55,018 bases of DNA from Halobacteriaceae archaeon (GTDB taxonomy: Archaea; Halobacteriota; Halobacteria; Halobacteriales; Halobacteriaceae). Position numbers and translations under genes: made by a program. A model generated the notes under the pieces. That model had not been told where the DNA came from. It saw only the letters and a program-made list of their open reading frames with translations, and did no database searches. Below, piece after piece: positions 49,772-55,018 of this stretch (position 1 is its first letter; every line of letters begins with the position of its first letter). The stretch spans positions 1 to 55,018 of the forward strand of contig JBDGTS010000006.1 in assembly GCA_042216675.1 (NCBI GenBank). Reading direction: 5' to 3'.

Positions 49772-50881
49772 TCAGTTTCTGTCCCCGAAGAACGCCGCCA
49801 GTCGGGCCGCCGCGTCGTCGACGCGCGGCGTGACGAGTGCGAACCTGAGCCAGTCGGCCCGCGCCTCGCCGAACGTCTCGCCGGGCATCCCCGCGACGCC
49901 CGCCTCGTCGATGAGTCGCTCCGTGTTCGCCATCGTCCCCGGGAAGTCCGGCACTCGGACGAGGACGTAGAATGCCCCCTCCGGCGTCGTGTACTCGGCA
50001 CCCACCTCGTCGAGGGCCGCCGTGAACGTCTCCACGCGGTTCCGGAGCGTCTCGCGCGCCGTCTCGAAGTAGTCGGGACCGACGGTCTCTAGCCCCCGGA
50101 GCACCGCCCGCTGGGCGGGTCTGCTCGCGGAGACGTTCGTCAGCATGTGCCGGGTGCGCGCCGCGTCGGCGAGCGACTTCGAGAGGATGGCGTAGCCCAC
50201 CCGGTAGCCGGTGATGGCGAAGGACTTCGAGAACGACCCGGTGACGACACGGTGGGGCGAGTCCACCGCGAGCGCACTCGCAAAGCGGCCGCTGTAGTCG
50301 AAGCGGTGGTACACCTCGTCGCTGACGAGAATCGCGTCGTGGGCCTCTGCGACGGCGACCAGTTCTCGCATCGTCGCCGCGTCGAGGACGGCGCCTGTGG
50401 GGTTGTTGGGCGTGTTGACCACGATGCAGGCCGTCTCGTCGCTCGCCGCCGCGCGCACGGCGTCGGGGTCGAGGTGGCCGTCGGCCGCCGTTTCGACGTA
50501 GCGCACCGTCCCGCCGAGCATCGACACTTTGCCCGGATAGTACGGGTAGACGGGGTCGGTCAACAGCACCTCGTCGCCGGCGCCCCTGTCGAGGGCGGCG
50601 GCCATCCCGAGGTAGTTCGCCTCCGCCGCGCCGTTCGTGACGACGACGGACTCGGGGTCCCCGCCCCGAATCTCCGCGATGCCCTCCTTGAGTTCCGCCA
50701 GCCCCTCGCTCGGCGGATACTGGAAGTCGGCGGGGTCCGCGTCCGCGTACGCCCGGAGGCCGTCTCGCACGCCCGCTGGTGGGTCCCAGTCGGGGTTACC
50801 GCTCACCATGTCCACCACGTCTCGGTCGGCGTCGGCGGCGTACTGCCCGACCCGGTAGAACAGCGGTTCCTCGTACTCCAT
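49772..50881 (-). CDS. Class I PLP-dependent aminotransferase
   Basis: VNTPNNPTG, SDEVY, SFSKSFAITGYRVG, PEGAFY. Start MEYEEP. Confidence 0.93.
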   Translation of the reverse strand: MEYEEPLFYRVGQYAADADRDVVDMVSGNPDWDPPAGVRDGLRAYADADPADFQYPPSEGLAELKEGIAEIRGGDPESVVVTNGAAEANYLGMAAALDRGAGDEVLLTDPVYPYYPGKVSMLGGTVRYVETAADGHLDPDAVRAAASDETACIVVNTPNNPTGAVLDAATMRELVAVAEAHDAILVSDEVYHRFDYSGRFASALAVDSPHRVVTGSFSKSFAITGYRVGYAILSKSLADAARTRHMLTNVSASRPAQRAVLRGLETVGPDYFETARETLRNRVETFTAALDEVGAEYTTPEGAFYVLVRVPDFPGTMANTERLIDEAGVAGMPGETFGEARADWLRFALVTPRVDDAAARLAAFFGDRN

Positions 50882-50957
50882 GTCGGGGCCTCGCCGCCGG
50901 TGACCGTGTGCCTTTCGTTGCCCCCACTTCTTTGGCGCGCCGGCGCCACCCTCCGGT

Positions 50958-51473
50958 ATGCACGAGTTCGCCGCCGACCCGCCCGTCGAAGAGCGGGTGG
51001 GGGACCTGCTCCGAGAGGCCGAGGCCACCGTCGCCGCCGCCGAGTCCTGCACGGGCGGTCTCATCGGCTCTCTCCTCACCGACGTGCCGGGCGCGTCCGA
51101 CTACTTCGACCGCTCCTCCGTCACGTACACCTACGACGCGAAACTCGATACCGGCGTCTCTCGGGAGGCCCTCGACGAGTACGGCGCCGTGAGCGCCCCC
51201 GTCGCGAAGCAGATGGCGCAGGGCGTCCGCGACGCCGGCGGGACGGACTGGGCCGTTTCGACGACGGGCATCGCCGGACCGACGGGCGGTACGCCGGACA
51301 AGCCGGTGGGTACCGTCTTCATCGGCGTCGCGCACGCCGGCGACTGGGGCACCGGGGCGACGTACGCCGCGGCCCACCGCCGGACGTTCGACGGGTCGCG
51401 CACGGAAATCAAGGAGCAGATAGCGCGGGCCGCGCTCCGAGCGCTCGAAACCGCCGTCAGCCGTAAGGTTTGA
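50958..51473 (+). CDS. CinA C-terminal / NMN deamidase (PncC) family
   Basis: AAAESCTGGL, PGASDYF, YDAK, GAVSAPVAKQMA, TTGIAGP.GG…KPVGTV. Confidence 0.92.
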   Translation: MHEFAADPPVEERVGDLLREAEATVAAAESCTGGLIGSLLTDVPGASDYFDRSSVTYTYDAKLDTGVSREALDEYGAVSAPVAKQMAQGVRDAGGTDWAVSTTGIAGPTGGTPDKPVGTVFIGVAHAGDWGTGATYAAAHRRTFDGSRTEIKEQIARAALRALETAVSRKV

Positions 51474-51500
51474 ACGCCGGCCCCCCGACTCATCGGACGG

Positions 51501-51986
51501 ATGAACCAGAAGGAACACGTCCTCAACGCGGCGCTGTTGGGCATCGGCCTCGGGTACGTCCTCGAACCGGCGGGCGACGAGGCCACCTTCCGAATGGTCC
51601 TCGCCGTCACCGTGCCCGTCGTCCTCGGCGCCCTGTTCCCCGACGTGGACGCCCACTACGGCCGCCACCGGAAGGCCCTCCACAACCTCCCGATTCTGGC
51701 GCTGTTCCTCGCGTTTCCCATCTACTTCGACAACCTCCAGTGGGTGTGGCTCGGCGTCCTCACGCACTACGTCCTCGACGTGATGGGGACGACGCGGGGC
51801 GTGGCGCTGTTCTACCCGCTCTGGAAGGAGGAGTTCAATCTCCCCGTCGGCGTTCCGGTGTCGAGCGACCGGGCGGGGCTGGTGACGGTGCTCGTGACGG
51901 CCGTCGAACTCGCCATCGCCGCCGCTATCGTCTGGTACGCGCCGCCGGAACTCGCGGAACTGGGCGCCCAGTACGTGGGTCAGTAG
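51501..51986 (+). CDS. Membrane-bound metal-dependent hydrolase (YdjM-like)
   Basis: N-terminal His, GALFPDVD, HRKALHN, THYVLD, G..LFYP. Confidence 0.88.
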   Translation: MNQKEHVLNAALLGIGLGYVLEPAGDEATFRMVLAVTVPVVLGALFPDVDAHYGRHRKALHNLPILALFLAFPIYFDNLQWVWLGVLTHYVLDVMGTTRGVALFYPLWKEEFNLPVGVPVSSDRAGLVTVLVTAVELAIAAAIVWYAPPELAELGAQYVGQ

Positions 51987-52714
51987 ACGGCCACGTCGGC
52001 GAATCGGTCCCCGTAGGCCACGTGGCCGGGGTGGGTGGCCTCCATCCCCGACAGGAGGACGCGGTCGATTTTCTCGGCGGTGTTCTCCCAGCCCAGATGC
52101 GCGAACTCGGCGGCACAGCGTGCGATGTGGCTCGGACCCCGGCGGTGGTAGACGCGCCGCGGCGCGCCCTCTCTGAAGGCGTCGACGAGGGCCGCCGCGG
52201 AGTCGACGTCGGCCTCGAACTCCGTCCACACCTCGCCGACGGTGGTGCGCAGGTGAGCGTAGGACGACCCGAACACCGGCCGATCGGCTGTCGGCGCGGG
52301 CGTCTGCCCGGCCGCGCGCTGTTTCGGGTTGTACGATTCGGCCGCGGCAACGTCGTAGCGTCGGAGCTCGTCGGGCGAGAGGCTCACCGTGGCGAAGCCG
52401 GGGTGAGGCGCGAGGGTGATGGCGCCCTGTCGCTCGATTTCGTCCATCGCGCCGTCGAGGGTGATGAAGTCCGGAATCGGGTCCGAGAGGCCGAGGGCGA
52501 GGACGTGTTTCCGGTGGCGGAGCGTCCCCGTGAACACCTCGCGGGCCGGAACGACCAGTAAGTCGTCGTCGCTGAAGCGCTCCGCGCGCGCCCGGATGTC
52601 GGGCAACCGCTCGAAGTGCGGTGCGAAGACGAGGACGTCAAGTCCGCGGGCTTTCGCCCGTTCGACGACTGCCTCGTCGAGGACTTTCACGTGCGGGTCG
52701 ACGCGGGTCGGCAC
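51980..52714 (-). CDS. PHP-like domain protein
   Basis: VDPHVK, FAPH, ARE, KHVL, APHP, GSSYAH: a degenerate PHP motif series. Confidence 0.75.
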   Translation of the reverse strand: MPTRVDPHVKVLDEAVVERAKARGLDVLVFAPHFERLPDIRARAERFSDDDLLVVPAREVFTGTLRHRKHVLALGLSDPIPDFITLDGAMDEIERQGAITLAPHPGFATVSLSPDELRRYDVAAAESYNPKQRAAGQTPAPTADRPVFGSSYAHLRTTVGEVWTEFEADVDSAAALVDAFREGAPRRVYHRRGPSHIARCAAEFAHLGWENTAEKIDRVLLSGMEATHPGHVAYGDRFADVAVY

Positions 52715-52794
52715 GCCCGACCCTTCGGAGTCGACGGTTTAGGATGTATCGGTCCGGCAACCCGATTTATGGGGGTACCCGCCGAGAGGCGACC

Positions 52795-53997
52795 ATGGAA
52801 CTCCTCGACGACTCCATCGTCCCCGAACACGCCCGCGACGTGAAGGCCGAGGCCCGCGAGTTCGCCCGCGAACACATCCAGCCGAACGCCGAAGAGCGGT
52901 TCGAGGCCGCCGAGTACCCCGCCGACATCGTCGAGGCGGGACGCGAGGCCAACCTCGTCGCACAGGACATCGGCGAGGAGTACGGGGGCCGGGGTCTCGA
53001 CCTCGTACAGATGCTCGCCATCGCCGAGGAGTGGTTCCGCGCCGACGCCGGCATCGGTCTCTCCCTCCAGTTGGCGAGTTTCGGCGCCGAGATGCTGGAG
53101 AAGTACGGCACCGAGGAACAGAAAGAGCAGTACCTCCGCCCCGTCGCCGAGGGCGAGATGGTCACCGGTCTCGCCGTCTCCGAACCCGAGACGGGGTCCG
53201 ACCTCGCCGGGATGCAGACCCGGGCGGACCGGGACGGCGACGAGTACGTCCTGAACGGCGAGAAGTACTGGATCGGCAACGGCGTCGAGGCCGACTGGCT
53301 CACGCTCTACGCTCGGACGGGCGACGTTCGCGAATCGGACGATTCGCGAGCCAACCAGAACGCGTCGCGTTCTGGTGACGACGAGGACAACCGCTACGGA
53401 AACCACTCGCTGTTCATCGTCCCCACCGACGCCGACGGCTATCACGCCGAACACATCCCCGAGAAAATCGCGATGCGCGCCTCGAAGCAGGCCCACGTCA
53501 CACTCGACGACTGCCGCATCCCGGTCGAGAACCGCATCAGCCACGAGGGCACCGGCTTCATGATGCTCGCGGAGTTCTTCAACCACGGACGCGTCGTGGT
53601 CGGCGGCCACGGCCTCGGCCTCGCCGCGGCGGCCATCGAGGAGACGCTGGACTTCGTGGACGACAGGGAAGCCTTCGGGCGCACGCTGGACAACTTTCAG
53701 GCGGTCCAGCACGGCGTCGCCGACCAACTCATCCAGTTCGAGAGCGCCCGAGCGCTGGTGTACCGCGCCGCCGAGAAGGTGGCCGCCGGCGACAGCGCCG
53801 GCTACTGGGCCGCCCTCGCGAAGACGGCCGGCACGGAGGCGGCCGTCGACTGCGCCGAGACGGGCATGCAGTTCCACGGCGGTCGTTCGGTGCTGGAGGG
53901 GCGCCGCATCGGCCGCGTCTATCGCGACGCCCGCGTCCCAGTCGTCTACGAGGGGGCAAACGAGGTCCAGCGAAACCTCATCTACGACCAGCGCTAG
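52795..53997 (+). CDS. Acyl-CoA dehydrogenase (contains an apparent 18-aa in-frame insertion)
   Basis: YGTEEQK..YL, AVSEPETGSD, LNGEKYWIGNG, REAFGR.L..FQ, MQFHGG, RDAR…YEGANEVQR. Confidence 0.95.
   Translation: MELLDDSIVPEHARDVKAEAREFAREHIQPNAEERFEAAEYPADIVEAGREANLVAQDIGEEYGGRGLDLVQMLAIAEEWFRADAGIGLSLQLASFGAEMLEKYGTEEQKEQYLRPVAEGEMVTGLAVSEPETGSDLAGMQTRADRDGDEYVLNGEKYWIGNGVEADWLTLYARTGDVRESDDSRANQNASRSGDDEDNRYGNHSLFIVPTDADGYHAEHIPEKIAMRASKQAHVTLDDCRIPVENRISHEGTGFMMLAEFFNHGRVVVGGHGLGLAAAAIEETLDFVDDREAFGRTLDNFQAVQHGVADQLIQFESARALVYRAAEKVAAGDSAGYWAALAKTAGTEAAVDCAETGMQFHGGRSVLEGRRIGRVYRDARVPVVYEGANEVQRNLIYDQR
53326..53380. mobile_element. Putative 54-bp double-hairpin miniature element inserted in frame
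   Basis: Hairpin 1 TCGCGAATC-ggac-GATTCGCGA (53328-53349) and hairpin 2 ACCAGAACGCG-t-CGCGTTCTGGT (53354-53376). GACG direct repeats at 53323-53326 and 53377-53380, 54 bp apart. Confidence 0.68.
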
Positions 53998-54543
53998 TCA
54001 CTCACAGGGGAGCGACGCGTCGAGGCTCACGTCGCCGACCAGAACCGCGCCGCACATCGCCGACTCCCCGTGGACGCTACAGTAGTACTCGTAGACCCCG
54101 GCCGACTCGAACGTGTAGGTGACCGTCTCGCCCTTCAGGAACGTGTCCGTCTCGAAACTCCAGTCCGCCGCCGAGTCGTGGAACCGTGCGCTCGTCACGT
54201 CGTGGGGGAGGGAATCGCGGTTGACCCACTCCACGGTTTCGCCGACGGCGACGGCTTTCCGTATCGGATTGAACGAGGTGTTCTCCAACTCCACTCGGGG
54301 CAGGTCCGACTCGGTGGCCGTCTGTGTCGCCGTCTCCTCGGCCGTCGTCTCGACTGTCCCCTCGGCCGTCGTCCCGGCGGACCCGGTCGGCGTCGCCGTG
54401 GCGTCCGCGGCCGTCGCCGTCTCCGTCACCGTCCGAGTCGGCGTCGCCGCGTCGTCCCCACTGCCGCCGGTTCCGCCACAGCCGGCGAGCGCCGCCGCGC
54501 CCGCGGCCGCCGCTGCGAGCAGTCGCCGTCGATGGATTCCCAT
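53998..54543 (-). CDS. Halocyanin-like blue copper lipoprotein (Tat-exported)
   Basis: HRRRLL…LAGC Tat lipobox, Thr-rich linker, type-1 Cu ligands PHDV and YYCSVHGESAM. Confidence 0.9.
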   Translation of the reverse strand: MGIHRRRLLAAAAAGAAALAGCGGTGGSGDDAATPTRTVTETATAADATATPTGSAGTTAEGTVETTAEETATQTATESDLPRVELENTSFNPIRKAVAVGETVEWVNRDSLPHDVTSARFHDSAADWSFETDTFLKGETVTYTFESAGVYEYYCSVHGESAMCGAVLVGDVSLDASLPCE

Positions 54544-54634
54544 ACACTTCCTTTGTGACGGATTACCAAGGACGTTCCCCCGTTCGAACGGGGCGGACAA
54601 AGGTTTTAAGCCTCCCTCGCTAATTTCGGGCCGA

Positions 54635-54943
54635 ATGCCCGGTTGGGAGTGCGCAATCGAGGGCTGTGGACGCACCTTCGGCGGCGTCGAGGACCTCCTG
54701 TTCCATCAGGTCCGGAGCCATCAGCGCCACGACTGTCGCATCTGTGACGCCGCCGTCCCCGAGGGGTACTTCGCCATCCGACACGTCCTCGGTAACCACA
54801 GCCGCGCAGAGTACGTCCGCCACTACGACGCTGACTCCGATGACATCCGCGTCCGCGAGGACCTCATCTCGACCATCGAGGACCGCGTGGACGTGCCGGC
54901 CATCCGGGAGCGGTTGCAGGGTGCGAGCGCCACCGGTGACTGA
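54635..54943 (+). CDS. Small C2H2-type zinc-finger protein
   Basis: WECAIEGC…HQVRSH..HDCRIC…IRHVLGNH, then RAEYVRHY.A….IR.RE. Confidence 0.82.
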   Translation: MPGWECAIEGCGRTFGGVEDLLFHQVRSHQRHDCRICDAAVPEGYFAIRHVLGNHSRAEYVRHYDADSDDIRVREDLISTIEDRVDVPAIRERLQGASATGD

Positions 54944-55018
54944 CCACTTTTTCCTCGGTCGCTCGCTCGCGGCGCCGCCGCTCGCTTCACTCCCTCGCAA
55001 AAACGTGGGGAAAAAGAC
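54944..55018. repeat. Palindromic intergenic repeat / MITE-like element end (truncated by the window)
   Basis: CCACTTTTT (54944) … AAAAACGTGG (54999-55008) imperfect inverted arms around a self-complementary GCGGCGCCGC and repeated CTCGC, followed by GGAAAAAGAC. Confidence 0.55.

Overview
A very GC-rich, gene-dense stretch of core chromosome from a halophilic archaeon (class Halobacteria). The evidence is acidic proteins, TFB, archaeal LonB, the archaeal aroA'/aroB' shikimate entry enzymes, AglD, NreA and mostly leaderless-looking starts. About 53 CDS cover the 3' end of lonB, an ABC exporter, trpCBA-aroA'-aroB', aroD, tfb, aglD, SPFH/NfeD, pyk, metG, mfnA, smc-scpA, gatB, topA, an FeS-type photolyase, nreA, polX with a Mut7-C RNase, rhomboid-endonuclease V, a Get3/ArsA ATPase, an acyl-CoA dehydrogenase and a halocyanin. 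I saw no rRNA, tRNA, CRISPR array, transposase or provirus. The most unusual signals are small. (1) A 54-bp double-hairpin element appears to be inserted in frame inside the acyl-CoA dehydrogenase gene, flanked by a GACG direct repeat. (2) There are two other palindromic repeat elements, a 2x36-bp tandem upstream of metG and one at the window end. (3) An MFS transporter is split by a single in-frame TAG at its mid-point. (4) Three helically phased TRP-box-like hexamers lie over the trpC promoter. (5) A winged-HTH protein carries a Tat-signal-like N-terminus. (6) A small coiled-coil gene precedes an smc-scpA operon that has no adjacent scpB. Family and DUF assignments come from recognising motifs by eye, not from database searches.
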